From: an uncultured Chloroflexia bacterium
GTDB taxonomy: Bacteria; Chloroflexota; UBA6077; JACCZL01
Reading direction: 5' to 3'
Assembly (NCBI GenBank): GCA_963765765.1
Contig: CAVXYC010000020.1
Location: 288,001 to 352,000 of the forward strand
Length of the DNA stretch: 64,000 bases
Numbering within the stretch: position 1 is the first letter of the stretch; each line of letters begins with the position of its first letter. This document shows, in pieces, positions 20,125-42,570 of this stretch. A model generated the notes under the pieces. That model ran no database searches and was not told where the DNA came from. It saw nothing but the letters and a program-made list of their open reading frames with translations. A program made the translations under genes and the position numbers.

Positions 20125-20639
20125 TTGCGAGTCTCCTTGCCGGCAGAATCTCAGACACGGGTCGGCCCCGTCGGCGCGCGATCTCCTCCGGGTCGTGGAG
20201 GTTTTCGAGGGCCGGTCATGGTGGCCCGAACGAGGTTAATCGGGTTCGGTGAGCCCAGCGACTTCGTGAGCAGGTCCTTAATGCCAGCCGACTCAACGAC
20301 GGCGCGAACCGCACCGCCGGCGATGACGCCAGTACCTGGCGCGGCCGGCTTCAGCAGCACGCGCGCGGCGCCGTAATCCTGCACTAGCTCGTGAGGTATC
20401 GACGTGCCAACCATGGGGACACGAATTAAGCTTTTCTTCGCGATCTCGGCGCCCTTCCGAATGGCGTCTGGCACCTCATTCGCCTTGCCCAGTCCAGCAC
20501 CCACGAGCCCCTGACCGTCACCGACGACCACAAGCGCGCTGAAGCTGAACCGACGACCGCCCTTGACCACTTTGGCCACGCGGTTGATCTTGATGACTCG
20601 TTCTTCGAAGGTAATTCCTGTTGGATCGATCTTCGGCAT
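20111..20639 (-). CDS. rpsE: 30S ribosomal protein S5 (1-nt frameshift near 20210)
   Basis: [28 protein letters not shown]. Corrected tail [15 protein letters not shown]... ends at TAG 20111. Confidence 0.96.
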
Positions 20640-20651
20640 TGATTGCTCCGT

Positions 20652-21023
20652 CTAGAACTGCAAGCCGCAGGCTCGAGCGCCCTCGGCCAACGACTTCACG
20701 CGTCCGTGATAGAGAAAGCCGCCGCGATCGAAGACCACCTGCGACACTCCCTTCTCCCGCGCTCGCTCGGCGAGCAATCGACCGATCTGCTCCGCCCGTT
20801 CAGACTTAGTGCCCGATGTATCGGTGCGCGAAGTCGGCTCCAGCGAGGAGGCGGCAACTAGGGTATGCCCAGCCTGATCATCGATGATCTGAGCGTAGAT
20901 ATGCTGAAGGCTGCGGAACACCGCCAGCCGCGGTCGCTCCGCTACGCCAGCGAGCTTTTTCCGCACTCGAGCGTGGCGCCGCACCCGAGCGCGGCGCGGA
21001 TTGTCTTTCTTTGTGATAGCCAC
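20652..21023 (-). CDS. rplR: 50S ribosomal protein L18
   Basis: [30 protein letters not shown]. Confidence 0.97.
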   Translation of the reverse strand: MAITKKDNPRRARVRRHARVRKKLAGVAERPRLAVFRSLQHIYAQIIDDQAGHTLVAASSLEPTSRTDTSGTKSERAEQIGRLLAERAREKGVSQVVFDRGGFLYHGRVKSLAEGARACGLQF

Positions 21024-21037
21024 GTGTACTCGAACCT

Positions 21038-21583
21038 CTACTTCTTGGCGCCGGCTTTACCGGCCTTCCGTCTGATCTGCTCGTCTGCGTAACGGATGCC
21101 TTTACCTTTGTACGGCTCAGGCGGACGCACCTTTCGGATGTTGGCGGCTACTTGACCCACCATCTCCTTATCGATGCCCTTTACGGTCACTCGCGTTGTG
21201 CCTTCGACTTCAAACGTGATGCCGTCTGGAGCGGTCATTTGCACGGGGTGCGAGAAACCCATCTGAAGTGTCAGCGCGTTCCCGCCACCCTGTGCTCGAT
21301 ACCCGGTCCCGGTGATCTCTAGCCGCTTCTCGAATCCGGACGTCACGCCAGTGACCATGTTGTTTAAAAGCGTTCGTGACAGCCCGTGCATTGCTCGTGA
21401 GCGGCGCTCCTCGTTAGGCCGTTGCACGAGGATGGTCCCATCTTCCCGAACAAATTGCAGGTTTGGATCCAGCGTGCGGGCCAGGGTGCCACGCGGCCCC
21501 TTCACCACAACATGATTGTTCTCGCCGAACGTGACGTCAACACCACTTGGTACGTCGATCGGCATGCGCCCAATTCGAGACAT
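21038..21583 (-). CDS. rplF: 50S ribosomal protein L6
   Basis: [20 protein letters not shown]. Confidence 0.98.
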   Translation of the reverse strand: MSRIGRMPIDVPSGVDVTFGENNHVVVKGPRGTLARTLDPNLQFVREDGTILVQRPNEERRSRAMHGLSRTLLNNMVTGVTSGFEKRLEITGTGYRAQGGGNALTLQMGFSHPVQMTAPDGITFEVEGTTRVTVKGIDKEMVGQVAANIRKVRPPEPYKGKGIRYADEQIRRKAGKAGAKK

Positions 21584-21606
21584 CCTTCTATCTCCTCAGA
21601 TCTCGC

Positions 21607-22001
21607 CTACCAGACGTGGCAGAGAACTTCTCCGCCAACGCCCATGCGCCGCGCGCGTCGACCGCTCATGACTCCCTTTGAAGTCGAGACAATCGCCACG
21701 CCCAAACCACCGTAGACTCGCGGCATCTCCGTGGCGCCGCTATACACGCGCAAGCCGGCCGGCTCACCCGTTTGATACCGGTAACCACCGGTACGTTCTT
21801 GTCTACATACTTGAGCTCGATGCGCAGTTTCTTCTGCGGCATCTCTTCGAGCTCTTGAAATCCCAGAATGAAGCCTTCATCGCGGAGGACCTGTGCCACC
21901 GAAACCTTGAGCTTCGATGAGGGCATCGTGACCGCGGGGTGCCGTGCCTGCAAGCCATTTCTGATGCGCGTCAGCATATCGGCAATTGGATCAGTCAGCA
22001 T
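21607..22001 (-). CDS. rpsH: 30S ribosomal protein S8 (1-nt frameshift near 21756)
   Basis: [15 protein letters not shown]...RVSRP. One added G continues GLRVY...[15 protein letters not shown]...[11 protein letters not shown]. Confidence 0.96.
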
Positions 22002-22019
22002 TGGATCGCTCTTCTCCTC

Positions 22020-22204
22020 TTACCAGCTTGATTTCGTCACCCGGGCACTTCGCCGCGCAGCGCGAGCTTGCGGAAACAGATTCGACACAAACCAAACTTC
22101 CGAATGAAGGCACGTGGCCGGCCGCACAGCTCGCAACGGTTGTGCTGCTGGACCTTGAAGCGAGGGGGTCGCTTCGACTTAATGATCATGGACTTCTTCG
22201 CCAC
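22020..22204 (-). CDS. rpsZ: 30S ribosomal protein S14, Zn-binding type Z (missing G near 22042)
   Basis: Manual translation [55 protein letters not shown], then VTKSSW* after one added base (61 aa). Confidence 0.94.
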
Positions 22205-22215
22205 GGTTCGCTCCC

Positions 22216-22779
22216 TTAACCCCGCTCGAACGGCATTCCAAGCAGCTCAAGAAGCCTCTTGGATTCCTGGTCGGTTCGCGCGGACGTGACGATCGTTATT
22301 TCCAAACCGCGCAACTTGTCTATCTTGTCGTAGTCAATCTCGGGAAACACGAGCTGTTCCCGAAGTCCGAGCGTGTAGTTGCCTCGTCCGTCGAACGACT
22401 TGGAGGGAACTCCTCGGAAATCCCGAATGCGCGGAAGTGCCGCGTTCATCAGTCGATCCAAGAACTCGTACATCCGCTCCCCTCGGAGCGTCACCTTGAG
22501 TCCGATGGACATACCCTCGCGCAATCGAAATTGCGCAATTGAATTCTTGGCCTTCCGAACAAGCGGCCGTTGCCCGGTGATTGCAGCGAGGTCAGCCGAG
22601 GCCGCCTCGAGCGCACGCCCGTTTGCGATCGCTTCGCCCATGCCGATGTTGACGACGACTTTCTCGACGTGCGGCACCTGCATCGGATTGCTGAAGCCCA
22701 GCTCACGCTGAAGCGACGGCGCAATCTCGGATTGGAACCGTTCTTTGAGTCTGCTTTTCTCTGCGACCGGTGTTGCCAT
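22216..22779 (-). CDS. rplE: 50S ribosomal protein L5
   Basis: [31 protein letters not shown]. Confidence 0.98.
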   Translation of the reverse strand: MATPVAEKSRLKERFQSEIAPSLQRELGFSNPMQVPHVEKVVVNIGMGEAIANGRALEAASADLAAITGQRPLVRKAKNSIAQFRLREGMSIGLKVTLRGERMYEFLDRLMNAALPRIRDFRGVPSKSFDGRGNYTLGLREQLVFPEIDYDKIDKLRGLEITIVTSARTDQESKRLLELLGMPFERG

Positions 22780-22787
22780 CGCTATTC

Positions 22788-23102
22788 CTACAACTGCTCG
22801 CCGCAGCGCTTACAGACGCGCACTCTGCGTCCATCATCGAGCTGCCGAGCACCGATTCGAACCGGCCGATCACACTTGGCGCAGACAATCCCGACGTTGG
22901 AGATATGCAGTGGCTGCTCCACGTCGATGATGCCGGCCTGCCGAGCATTTCGCCCAGGCTTCATATGCCGCTTTGCAATATTTACTTCCGCCACGATGAC
23001 GCGGTCGTCCTTCACGTGAACCTCGCGGACCTTCCCGCGCTTCCCGCGCTCGCGTCCGGCAAGAATCTGGACCGTGTCATCACGCTTCACACGCAAACTC
23101 AC
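22788..23102 (-). CDS. rplX: 50S ribosomal protein L24
   Basis: KOW motif, KRHMKP, E.PLHISNV. Confidence 0.96.
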   Translation of the reverse strand: MSLRVKRDDTVQILAGRERGKRGKVREVHVKDDRVIVAEVNIAKRHMKPGRNARQAGIIDVEQPLHISNVGIVCAKCDRPVRIGARQLDDGRRVRVCKRCGEQL

Positions 23103-23112
23103 ACTGGCCCCC

Positions 23113-23481
23113 TTACAGCACTTCTGGTGCGAGCGAAACGATCTTCATATAGCTCTTCTCACGCAGCTCGCGTGCGACAGGACCGAAGATTCGCGTTCCT
23201 CGCGGATTGTTCTTATCGGCTAGTACGACCGCCGCATTGTCATCAAACCGGATGCTCGAGCCATCGGGGCGACGGTGCTCTTTGGCTGTACGAACGATCA
23301 CCGCTCGCACCACGTCGCCCTTCTTCACGGAGCCACCGGGGTTCGCGTCTTTAACGGAGGCAACAATGATGTCGCCCACACTGCCTACGCGCTTATTGCC
23401 GCCAGCAACTACCTGGATGCACATCAGCTCACGTGCTCCGGTGTTATCAGCGACGCGCAGTCGGGTTTGCGAGCGAATCAT
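23113..23481 (-). CDS. rplN: 50S ribosomal protein L14
   Basis: [34 protein letters not shown]. Confidence 0.98.
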   Translation of the reverse strand: MIRSQTRLRVADNTGARELMCIQVVAGGNKRVGSVGDIIVASVKDANPGGSVKKGDVVRAVIVRTAKEHRRPDGSSIRFDDNAAVVLADKNNPRGTRIFGPVARELREKSYMKIVSLAPEVL

Positions 23482-23828
23482 TCAGACGCCTCCGAAGCTG
23501 ACGCTTCCTGAGCTGGCGCTTCCTCGGCCGTTTCCTGTGGAAGTCCAGCGACTGCATCGATGTCCGCGACAAAGCTGCTACGGAGCACCTTTTGGACGCG
23601 CCACCGCTTCTCGCGACTCATCGGGCGCGCTTCCTCGATGATCACCGAATCACCGAGCTTGCACTGATTTGCTTCATCGTGCGCCTTGAAGCGATGGGTT
23701 CGGCGGACGTGGCGACCATACAGGCGGTGTCGGCGAAGGTGCTCAACAGCAACCACGACCGTCTTGTCCATCTTGTCACTCACGACCACACCCTGCTTAG
23801 TGCGCTTCACCGTTTGTTGCTCACTCAT
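23478..23828 (-). CDS. rpsQ: 30S ribosomal protein S17 with acidic tail
   Basis: [28 protein letters not shown]. Confidence 0.97.
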   Translation of the reverse strand: MSEQQTVKRTKQGVVVSDKMDKTVVVAVEHLRRHRLYGRHVRRTHRFKAHDEANQCKLGDSVIIEEARPMSREKRWRVQKVLRSSFVADIDAVAGLPQETAEEAPAQEASASEASE

Positions 23829-24034
23829 GAGGCCACTCCGGCTACCACGGGAGCCAATTGGGCCAGCGCCGTATTGACCCGAGCGACGTCACGGCGAACT
23901 TGCCGAATGCGCGCGGTATTCGTGAGCTGGTGTGTGGCCACCTGGAATCGCAAATTGAACATCTCTTCGTGGAGCTCTCGAAGCTTCGCGTCGAGCTGCT
24001 CCCGATCGAGGTCACGAAGCTCGGACATCTTCAT
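23825..24034 (-). CDS. rpmC: 50S ribosomal protein L29
   Basis: MKMSELRDL...FNLRFQ.AT.QL.N...[11 protein letters not shown]; start trimmed from the ORF track. Confidence 0.95.
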   Translation of the reverse strand: MKMSELRDLDREQLDAKLRELHEEMFNLRFQVATHQLTNTARIRQVRRDVARVNTALAQLAPVVAGVAS

Positions 24035-24452
24035 GAGCTCGCACCTCCTCTTTGTATAGAACCTTGGTCTGAATGGGTAGCTTGTGAGACGCCTTCCGAA
24101 GCGCCTCAATCGCCATATCAGTGCGCACGCCGCCGATCTCAAACATCACGCGCCCGGGACGCACAACCGCGACCCAGTGATCGGGCGCGCCTTTGCCGCT
24201 GCCCATGCGCACCTCAGCGGGCTTATGGGTAACGACCTTATCTGGAAAAATTCGAATCCAGACCTTGCCACCCCTACGAAGGTGGTGGGTGATCGTACGC
24301 CGCGCCGCCTCGATCTGGCGGGCGGTGATCCAGGCCGCTTCCTGGGCCTGAATTCCGATCTCGCCAAACGCGATGCTGTTCCCGGTTGTCGCCATACCGC
24401 GGCGTTTGCCGCGGAACATTCGACGATACTTCGTTCGCTTGGGCTGCAGCAT
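24012..24452 (-). CDS. rplP: 50S ribosomal protein L16
   Basis: [26 protein letters not shown]. Confidence 0.98.
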   Translation of the reverse strand: MLQPKRTKYRRMFRGKRRGMATTGNSIAFGEIGIQAQEAAWITARQIEAARRTITHHLRRGGKVWIRIFPDKVVTHKPAEVRMGSGKGAPDHWVAVVRPGRVMFEIGGVRTDMAIEALRKASHKLPIQTKVLYKEEVRAHEDVRAS

Positions 24453-24453
24453 G

Positions 24454-25287
24454 TTACTCGGCCTCCGCCGGCTTAGTTGGTGGCGCCACCGAAGGCGCGG
24501 ACGGAGCAGACATTGGCAGGATCGCTGGCGCGGGCGTCGGCGACGCGGGCGCACTCACACCTGCACCGACCTCTTCACTCGGTGGTCGACGGTCTTCCAG
24601 ATCGGTCACAGTTACTGGGCGTCCGGTACGAAGGGGCGGTGCTTCCACCACCTGTCGTACAGACGTTTCGACGTCACCGCGATAAATCCAAGCTTTCACG
24701 CCAATGATCCCGAAGGTCGTGTGCGCTTCTGCTTGACCGAAGTCAATATCAGCGCGCAATGTGTGAAGCGGCACGCGACCGCGGCGCTCCCACTCTCGGC
24801 GCGACATTTCCGAGCCACCGAGGCGTCCGGATACCTGGAGCCGAACTCCACGTGATCCGAACCGCATCGCTCGGTCAGCCGACTGCTTCATAGCTCGGCG
24901 GAACGCGACGCGGCGCTCGAGCTGATCGGCAACGCTCCGGGCAACCAGATACGCATCCAGCTCAGGCTGCCGAATCTCCTGGATCGTGACCCGCACTCGC
25001 TTGCTGGTCATGGCCTCGAGATTCTTGCGCAGCTCCTCAACCTTGACGCCGCTCTTGCCGATTACAATGCCCGGCTTGGCCGCGTGGATCGTAACCGTCA
25101 TCTGATTTGCGGAGCGCTCGATCTCCACTTTTGACACACCCGCATCGGCGAGCCGACCCATAATCAGCTCGCGAACGCGGATGTCCTCATGGAGCAGACC
25201 TGTGTAATCACGATCCGCATACCACCGACCCTGCCAGCCACGAATGACGCCAAGGCGGAATCCATTTGGGTGAACTTTTTGACCCAT
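24454..25287 (-). CDS. rpsC: 30S ribosomal protein S3 with Pro/Ala tail
   Basis: [31 protein letters not shown]. Confidence 0.98.
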   Translation of the reverse strand: MGQKVHPNGFRLGVIRGWQGRWYADRDYTGLLHEDIRVRELIMGRLADAGVSKVEIERSANQMTVTIHAAKPGIVIGKSGVKVEELRKNLEAMTSKRVRVTIQEIRQPELDAYLVARSVADQLERRVAFRRAMKQSADRAMRFGSRGVRLQVSGRLGGSEMSRREWERRGRVPLHTLRADIDFGQAEAHTTFGIIGVKAWIYRGDVETSVRQVVEAPPLRTGRPVTVTDLEDRRPPSEEVGAGVSAPASPTPAPAILPMSAPSAPSVAPPTKPAEAE

Positions 25288-25298
25288 GGTGTCCCCTT

Positions 25299-25643
25299 CT
25301 ACTCCCGTTCCGCCACGGCCACGGTGATGTGGCTTGATCGTTTCAAAATCTGATTCACGCGTCCCCGCGCACGTGGCCGCCAACGCTTCAGCGTTCGCCC
25401 GGCATCGGCAAAGGCTCCGGCCACCACGAGCTGCTCTGGATCCATATTGAAATTGTTCTCCGCGTTTGCCGCGGCAGAGCGCAGTACCTTGGAGACCGGA
25501 CGCGCCCCTTTTTGAGGCAGGTACCGAAGAATCGCGACTGCCTCATTGAAAGACTTTCCGCGAATCGTCTCGAGGACCAGGCGCACCTTCTGCGGCGAGA
25601 CGCGAATATCACGCGCCACGGCGCGTACTTCGACACCAGCCAT
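25299..25643 (-). CDS. rplV: 50S ribosomal protein L22
   Basis: [24 protein letters not shown]...[10 protein letters not shown]. Confidence 0.97.
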   Translation of the reverse strand: MAGVEVRAVARDIRVSPQKVRLVLETIRGKSFNEAVAILRYLPQKGARPVSKVLRSAAANAENNFNMDPEQLVVAGAFADAGRTLKRWRPRARGRVNQILKRSSHITVAVAERE

Positions 25644-25662
25644 GATCTACTTCCAGCCTCTC

Positions 25663-25944
25663 CTAGCGCCCACTGGACTTCTCGCCGCGGGCAGTGTGGC
25701 CACGGAACGTTCGCGTTGGCGCGAACTCTCCGAGCTTGTGGCCCACCATGTTCTCTGACACGAAGATCGGAACGTGTCGCCGACCATCGTGTACAGCGAT
25801 GGTGTGTCCAACCATCTCTGGGAAAATCGTAGACGCCCGCGACCAGGTCTTAAAGACCTGCTTGTTACCGGCCGCGTTCATTGTTTCGATCCGACGAAAC
25901 AGCTTCGCGTCGATATACGGGCCCTTCTTTAGGGACCGGCTCAT
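25663..25944 (-). CDS. rpsS: 30S ribosomal protein S19
   Basis: [30 protein letters not shown]. Confidence 0.98.
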   Translation of the reverse strand: MSRSLKKGPYIDAKLFRRIETMNAAGNKQVFKTWSRASTIFPEMVGHTIAVHDGRRHVPIFVSENMVGHKLGEFAPTRTFRGHTARGEKSSGR

Positions 25945-25977
25945 GAATTCGCCTCCCTCAGCATCGCCATCATCTAA

Positions 25978-26808
25978 TTACTTCCGATTACTTCGTTTGC
26001 GAACAATGAACTTGTCCGTATTTTTGCGGCGGCGGGTCTTGAAGCCCATCGCCGGCTTGCCCCAGGGCGTCTGCGGCTGGCCACCGATTGGCGCCTTGCC
26101 CTCACCACCACCGTGGGGATGGTCCCTCGGGTTCATCACCGAGCCGCGAACCGTTGGCCGTCGTCCACGCCAGCGGTTTCTGCCAGCCTTGCCGTAGTTC
26201 AACGTCGCGTGCTCCGCGTTACCGACCGAGCCAAGGGTCGCGATACAATCGAGATGCACCAATCGCACCTCGCCGGAAGGCAGTCGGACCTGCGCCCAAT
26301 CGCCATCCTTCGCCATGAGCTGCGCGGAATTTCCAGCACTGCGCACCATCTGCGCGCCACGCCCAACCTTTAGCTCAATCGCGTGAATCTGGGAGCCCAG
26401 CGGGATGTTCCGTAGGGGCAGCGCATTGCCATTCTGGATCTCCGCCGTGGGGCCAGAAGAGATTTTCTGTCCGACCTTCACGCCTGCCGGCGCGAGGATG
26501 TAACGCTTCTCACCGTCTTCGTAACGAAGCAGGGCGATGCGAGCGCTGCGGTTGGGATCGTACTCAATCGCTTCCACAACCGAGCTCACGCCGGCCTTGT
26601 TCCGCTTCCAGTCGATGACGCGGTACATGCGCTTGTGACCACCGCCACGGTGGCGCACACTGATGCGTCCCGCCGAGTTTCGACCGGCGCGCTGCTTGAG
26701 CGGTTCAACCAGCGACTTCTCGGGGCGCTTCTTAGTGATCTCCTCGAACGTCGAGACGGACATGTCTCGACGGCCAGGGGAGGTAGGTCGATAGATTCGA
26801 ATTGGCAT
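25978..26808 (-). CDS. rplB: 50S ribosomal protein L2
   Basis: [25 protein letters not shown]. Confidence 0.98.
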   Translation of the reverse strand: MPIRIYRPTSPGRRDMSVSTFEEITKKRPEKSLVEPLKQRAGRNSAGRISVRHRGGGHKRMYRVIDWKRNKAGVSSVVEAIEYDPNRSARIALLRYEDGEKRYILAPAGVKVGQKISSGPTAEIQNGNALPLRNIPLGSQIHAIELKVGRGAQMVRSAGNSAQLMAKDGDWAQVRLPSGEVRLVHLDCIATLGSVGNAEHATLNYGKAGRNRWRGRRPTVRGSVMNPRDHPHGGGEGKAPIGGQPQTPWGKPAMGFKTRRRKNTDKFIVRKRSNRK

Positions 26809-26812
26809 ACCG

Positions 26813-27097
26813 CTACACCCCCTGGAAGAGCTCGATCCGACTGCCGGCCTGGAGCGTCACAATCGCTTTCTTCCACGATCGCGTGACACCGCGTTGCCGT
26901 CGCCAGATTCGGGTCTTTCCCGGCACTTTCACAATATTTACGGACTTCACCTGAACGTTGAAGACCTCGGCCACAGCGCGGGCGATCTCGATCTTGTTCG
27001 CGTCCTGGTGCACTTCGAACACGTACTTATTCTGTTCGCCAAGCATTGTGTTCTTTTCAGTAACGACCGGGCGGATGAGGATCTCGTGACTAAGCAT
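26813..27097 (-). CDS. rplW: 50S ribosomal protein L23
   Basis: [21 protein letters not shown]. Confidence 0.97.
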   Translation of the reverse strand: MLSHEILIRPVVTEKNTMLGEQNKYVFEVHQDANKIEIARAVAEVFNVQVKSVNIVKVPGKTRIWRRQRGVTRSWKKAIVTLQAGSRIELFQGV

Positions 27098-27758
27098 CGC
27101 TCGCCTCCGCGCCCGCCGGGCTCGCCTTTGTATCGAGTAACAACCGCTCGGTAATAGCGGCCACGCTTTCGCGAGTCATGATCAAAATGGGGAAGTTCAG
27201 GATGTCCAGAAGGTTCACACCTTCCGTCGTCACTGCCCGCACCTTCTCCACGTTCGCGCTGGACCGTAGCACCAGGTCTTCACGCTCGTGAATCACCATG
27301 AGCACACCCTTGTTCAAGCCGAGTGCGCCGAGAAACTCGACCATCTCTCTGGTCTTGCCCGTCGGGACGGTCAGCGCATCTACAACCGTAAGCGCGGAAT
27401 CCCGAACCTTGGCGGACAGCGCAGAGCGCAACGCCAATCGCCGCATCTTTCGCGGCAGATCGCGATGATGCGAACGCGGATGCGGGCCGAACACCACACC
27501 ACCCGACCGCCAATGCGGCGCACGAGTGGAGCCTTGCCGGGCGCGGCCGGTGCCCTTCTGTCGCCATGGCTTCTTGCCGCCGCCACGAACTTCGCCACGC
27601 GTCTTCGTGTCGTGCGTGCCCTTACGCTGATTGGCAAGCTGAGTGACAACGGCCTGATGCAGGACCGCCCTGTTTGGCTCAATCCCGAAAACTCGTTCGT
27701 CGAGATCGAGCGTGCCCACGGTTTCGCCGCGAGCGTTCTTTACGTCAACGCTTGGCAT
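27090..27758 (-). CDS. rplD: 50S ribosomal protein L4
   Basis: [31 protein letters not shown]; start ATG 27758. Confidence 0.97.
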   Translation of the reverse strand: MPSVDVKNARGETVGTLDLDERVFGIEPNRAVLHQAVVTQLANQRKGTHDTKTRGEVRGGGKKPWRQKGTGRARQGSTRAPHWRSGGVVFGPHPRSHHRDLPRKMRRLALRSALSAKVRDSALTVVDALTVPTGKTREMVEFLGALGLNKGVLMVIHEREDLVLRSSANVEKVRAVTTEGVNLLDILNFPILIMTRESVAAITERLLLDTKASPAGAEASDA

Positions 27759-28383
27759 CAACTCTTCCGCTTCTCTCTTTTTTAATAACGACGAGACCCC
27801 CGCGCGGCCCGGGAACTGCACCCTTGATGGCGACGAGATTACGCTCCGTGTCCACTCGAAGAATCTCTAGGTTCTGGACCGTGACCTTTTCGTCACCCAT
27901 GTGACCCCCCATCCGCATGCCCTTGAACACGCGCCCGGGAGTGGTACCGGAGCCAATGGAGCCAGGGCGGCGCCAGCGATCCGATTGTCCATGCGTCTTG
28001 GGTCCACCGCGGAAGCCGTGGCGCTTCACCACACCGGCAAAGCCACGCCCTTTTGATGTTCCAGTTACGTCTACCAGCTCGCCAATTTCCAGAATGTCCG
28101 CGTTGACCTGATCACCAACCTGGATCGAATCCCCGCCATCGCTCTTCACTTCACGAAGGTAGCGAAGGTGAGGAAGAGTTTTGAGGTGCCCTTGCTCTGG
28201 CTTGTTGAGCTTGCGCTTTTCGCCAAACCCGAGCTGAACGGCCTCATAGCCGTCCCTACTCTGATTCCGCAATTGCGTGACAAAGCAAGGCCCCGCCTCC
28301 ACAATCGTGGTGGCCTGCGCTGTTCCACTTTCGTCGAACACCTGGGTCATACCCAGCTTCCGACCGAGAATCCCGAGAATCAC
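27745..28383 (-). CDS. rplC: 50S ribosomal protein L3
   Basis: GRKLGMTQVF, GTSKGRGFAGVVKRHGF, PGRVFKG, IKGAVPG. Confidence 0.98.
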   Translation of the reverse strand: MILGILGRKLGMTQVFDESGTAQATTIVEAGPCFVTQLRNQSRDGYEAVQLGFGEKRKLNKPEQGHLKTLPHLRYLREVKSDGGDSIQVGDQVNADILEIGELVDVTGTSKGRGFAGVVKRHGFRGGPKTHGQSDRWRRPGSIGSGTTPGRVFKGMRMGGHMGDEKVTVQNLEILRVDTERNLVAIKGAVPGPRGGLVVIKKERSGRVDAKR

Positions 28384-28424
28384 GTTTTGCCTCTTCGTAA
28401 CAGGCTGTTCAAAGCCTGCGTTCC

Positions 28425-28733
28425 CTAGAGTTTGATCTCGATATCGACGCCAGCGGGAACATTGAGGCGCATGAGCGCATCGACGGTCCTTGGAGTCGGC
28501 TCGACGACATCAATTAGGCGCTTGTGCGTGCGCATTTCGAACTGCTCGCGCGAGTCTTTATCGATGAACGGCGATCGAATCACCGTAAATTTCTCGATTC
28601 GCGTGGGCAGCGGGACCGGGCCGGCGACTGATGCGCCGGTCCTTTCCGCGGTCTCCACAATTTGTTGGGCTGACTGATCCAAAATCCGGTGATCAAAGGC
28701 TTTCAGTCGGATTCGGATTCGCTGCTTCGCCAT
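28425..28733 (-). CDS. rpsJ: 30S ribosomal protein S10
   Basis: [32 protein letters not shown]. Confidence 0.98.
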   Translation of the reverse strand: MAKQRIRIRLKAFDHRILDQSAQQIVETAERTGASVAGPVPLPTRIEKFTVIRSPFIDKDSREQFEMRTHKRLIDVVEPTPRTVDALMRLNVPAGVDIEIKL

Positions 28734-28748
28734 CAGGGCTCCTCGCTG

Positions 28749-29948
<1,200 letters not shown>

Positions 29949-30002
29949 TGTGCCCTTCTCCTCGACTGCTATGCGACAGGCGTGTGAATTACTGCGTGAG
30001 CC

Positions 30003-32072
<2,070 letters not shown>

Positions 32073-32111
32073 GACCTCAGGGCCACTTACCCTCGTTACT
32101 CGCCAGCCAAG

Positions 32112-32582
32112 CTACCAGCGATAGTGCGCGAATGCTTTGTTCGCTTCTGCCATTCGGTGCACGTCGTCTCGACGCTTCACCGTTGCGCCAGTTCCTTGAG
32201 CCGCGTCCATCAGCTCACCGGCAAGTTTTTCCACCATTGACCGGCCAGAACGCGACCGTGCCGAGTTGACCAACCAACGCATCGCGAGCGAAATGCGGCG
32301 CTCGCCTCGAATCTCCACAGGCACCTGATAGGTGGCGCCACCAACGCGCCGGGGCTTCACTTCCAGCACCGGCGTCGCATTACGCAGCGCCTGCTCGAAG
32401 ACATCCGCCGCGCTGCGATGCATCTGATTTTCTACGCGATCAAGCGCCTGGTACATGAGCCTCTCCGCGAGACTCTTCTTCCCATTGACCATCAGTTTAT
32501 TGATCATTCGCGAAATACCCCGGTTGCCATACTTGGCATCGGGGACGGCTTCGCGACGCACCACACGGGCACGACGGGGCAT
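32112..32582 (-). CDS. rpsG: 30S ribosomal protein S7
   Basis: RRVGGATYQVP, MAEANKAFAHYRW. Confidence 0.98.
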   Translation of the reverse strand: MPRRARVVRREAVPDAKYGNRGISRMINKLMVNGKKSLAERLMYQALDRVENQMHRSAADVFEQALRNATPVLEVKPRRVGGATYQVPVEIRGERRISLAMRWLVNSARSRSGRSMVEKLAGELMDAAQGTGATVKRRDDVHRMAEANKAFAHYRW

Positions 32583-32775
32583 GCCACCCTCCGTTATTGG
32601 ACGTATTCAGTTCGCTAGTTATGACGCGGTACAGCGGAACGTCGCGACCCACTGAATCGTGAGCCGGCAGCACGTTCATGCAACCAAACCACGCCACCTC
32701 GTATGAGGCGGCACTCACCTAGGGTGAGCTCGCTATATGGAGCTGATAGCGGGCGGTGAAGCCCGATATCAGCTC

Positions 32776-33204
32776 TTATCGCCTAGGCGCAGCCGCGGCC
32801 TTTGTGCCGTACTTGGAGCGCGCTTGCTTACGATCGCGCACCCCTGCTGCGTCCAACGTTCCCCTAACAACGTGATACCGCACACCGGGAAGGTCCTTCA
32901 CACGACCACCGCGGATCAATACCACGGAGTGCTCCTGAAGGTTGTGCCCTTCACCCGGAATGTAGGCAGTCACTTCCATCCCATTCGACAACCGAACGCG
33001 CGCGATTTTGCGAAGCGCCGAGTTCGGCTTCTTTGGGGTCATTGTCCGGACCTGGATGCACACTCCACGTTTCAGCGGGTTGCCCCCATCAATAGCGTAT
33101 CGCTTTCCCCTCAACGTATTGAGGTTGTAGCGCAGCGCCGGAGCAGACATCTTCTTCCGGATTTTCTGCCGTCCCTTCCGGACGAGTTGACTGATTGTCG
33201 GCAC
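32776..33204 (-). CDS. rpsL: 30S ribosomal protein S12
   Basis: GTG start after GGAGG gives [12 protein letters not shown]...[11 protein letters not shown]...[10 protein letters not shown]. Confidence 0.98.
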   Translation of the reverse strand: MPTISQLVRKGRQKIRKKMSAPALRYNLNTLRGKRYAIDGGNPLKRGVCIQVRTMTPKKPNSALRKIARVRLSNGMEVTAYIPGEGHNLQEHSVVLIRGGRVKDLPGVRYHVVRGTLDAAGVRDRKQARSKYGTKAAAAPRR

Positions 33205-33240
33205 AATCCTCCCCTGTGCTGTATCAAGGCACCATCGTGC

Positions 33241-33269
33241 AGTATATCGAACGGCGGTCTCACCGTCAA
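33241..33269 (-). promoter_or_regulatory. sigma70 promoter of the str operon
   Basis: TTGACG (33269-33264), 17 nt spacer, TATACT (33246-33241). Confidence 0.85.
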
Positions 33270-33342
33270 CTGAAAGACAGTGCATTTCGCCGCCATCAGT
33301 CGGCAATTCCACGCCGCGAATCCAGTGTGGTGCCGCGGCCTA

Positions 33343-33386
33343 ATCAGACAACGACGCGGACCGAACTTGCGCCCGATCCGCGTCGC
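33343..33386 (-). terminator. Terminator-like hairpin after rpoC
   Basis: Minus strand GCGACGCGGATCGGGC-GCAA-GTTCGGTCCGCGTCGT: 16 bp including G-U pairs, GNRA loop, weak U-tract. Confidence 0.65.
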
Positions 33387-33418
33387 TTATTTCGTGCGGC
33401 GCACCCGCGCCGCGTGGA

Positions 33419-37795
<4,377 letters not shown>

Positions 37796-37905
37796 CTAAG
37801 CCTCCGTGCAGCTTTCGGCAAACGACAATCGATACGCGGACGCCAGCCCGGCCGGAGCACGCAGCTCCGACGCAACGGGCCATTGGATGATATTGAGATC
37901 GAGCA

Positions 37906-41424
<3,519 letters not shown>

Positions 41425-41612
41425 ACGGATCTCCTCCAGGGCGCGATTGTGACTGGGCAGCAATACAGATCATTCAATAGTGTTGGGCAATTCCGCGCTC
41501 GTGTGTGGCTTAAAGACACAAATAGCCCGCTGCCCGTTCCATTGAGCTCAAGAACGGCACGCGGGAGTTGCGGAATATGGCGCCGACGGACACGCACGGA
41601 CGATCAAGACGT

Positions 41613-41642
41613 AGTATACTGCTCCGCCCTTCAGTTGGCCAA
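41613..41642 (-). promoter_or_regulatory. Probable rpoB promoter
   Basis: TTGGCC, 18 nt spacer, TATACT (41618-41613), implying a leader of about 180 nt. Confidence 0.5.
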
Positions 41643-41689
41643 TATTCGTTTCGGGGCAGCGCAGCCTACACCACCGTCCAAAGCTAAAA

Positions 41690-42517
41690 CTACGCAGCGG
41701 GCGTGGATATTCCCGGAGGCGAGGCGGGCGCCGGCTCAACCGCCTCGGTATGAACCTCCATGAAGCCTTTGAGGATGTCTAGTGGCAGCGGAAAGACAAT
41801 CGTGGAGTTCTTTTCGGCGGCGATCTCAGTTAGCGTCTGTAAATAGCGTAGCTGTAACGCCGACGGTTCTCCGCCAATGACCTCGGCCGCCGCGGCGAGC
41901 TGTTGGGACGCTTCAAACTCGCCTTGCGCATGAATCACCTTGGCGCGCTTCTCTCGCTCGGCCTCCGCCTGCCGCGCCATCGCGCGTTGCATCGTCTGGG
42001 GTAGCTCCACATCGCGCACTTCCACGGCGCTTACCTTGATGCCCCAGGCCTCGGTCTGCTCGTCGATAATGTGCTGGAGCTCCTGATTGATCTGATCACG
42101 ATTCGAGAGCAGTTCATCGAGATCCGACTGCCCCAGAACACTGCGCAACGTCGTCTGTGCAATCAATGACGTCGCGCGAATGTAGTCGAGGACCTTCACC
42201 ACGGCGTTTTCGGGATCGACTACTTTGAAGTAAACCACCGCGCTTACTTTCACGGTCACGTTATCGCGCGTGATGGCCTCCTGGCTGGGGACATCCATGG
42301 TGATCACGCGCAGGTCCACTCGCACCATGCGCTCGATTCCTGGAATCAGGAGTATCAGTCCGGGACCGCGTGCACCGGCCAATCGGCCAATGCGGAAGAC
42401 AACACCACGCTCATATTCCTGCACGACTTTGACAGCCGAGCTCAAGAACATAAACAGCAATGCCAGAACAACGACCAAAATAATGAGGTTGCCGGTCAAG
42501 AGGTCCAAGATTTCCAC
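41690..42517 (-). CDS. SPFH/stomatin-like (slipin) membrane protein
   Basis: N-terminal [49 protein letters not shown]. Confidence 0.92.
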   Translation of the reverse strand: MEILDLLTGNLIILVVVLALLFMFLSSAVKVVQEYERGVVFRIGRLAGARGPGLILLIPGIERMVRVDLRVITMDVPSQEAITRDNVTVKVSAVVYFKVVDPENAVVKVLDYIRATSLIAQTTLRSVLGQSDLDELLSNRDQINQELQHIIDEQTEAWGIKVSAVEVRDVELPQTMQRAMARQAEAEREKRAKVIHAQGEFEASQQLAAAAEVIGGEPSALQLRYLQTLTEIAAEKNSTIVFPLPLDILKGFMEVHTEAVEPAPASPPGISTPAA

Positions 42518-42570
42518 GCGAGACTCCCTTAGCTAGTCCAATGACATGGACGACAGCGATCCTGGGCACG

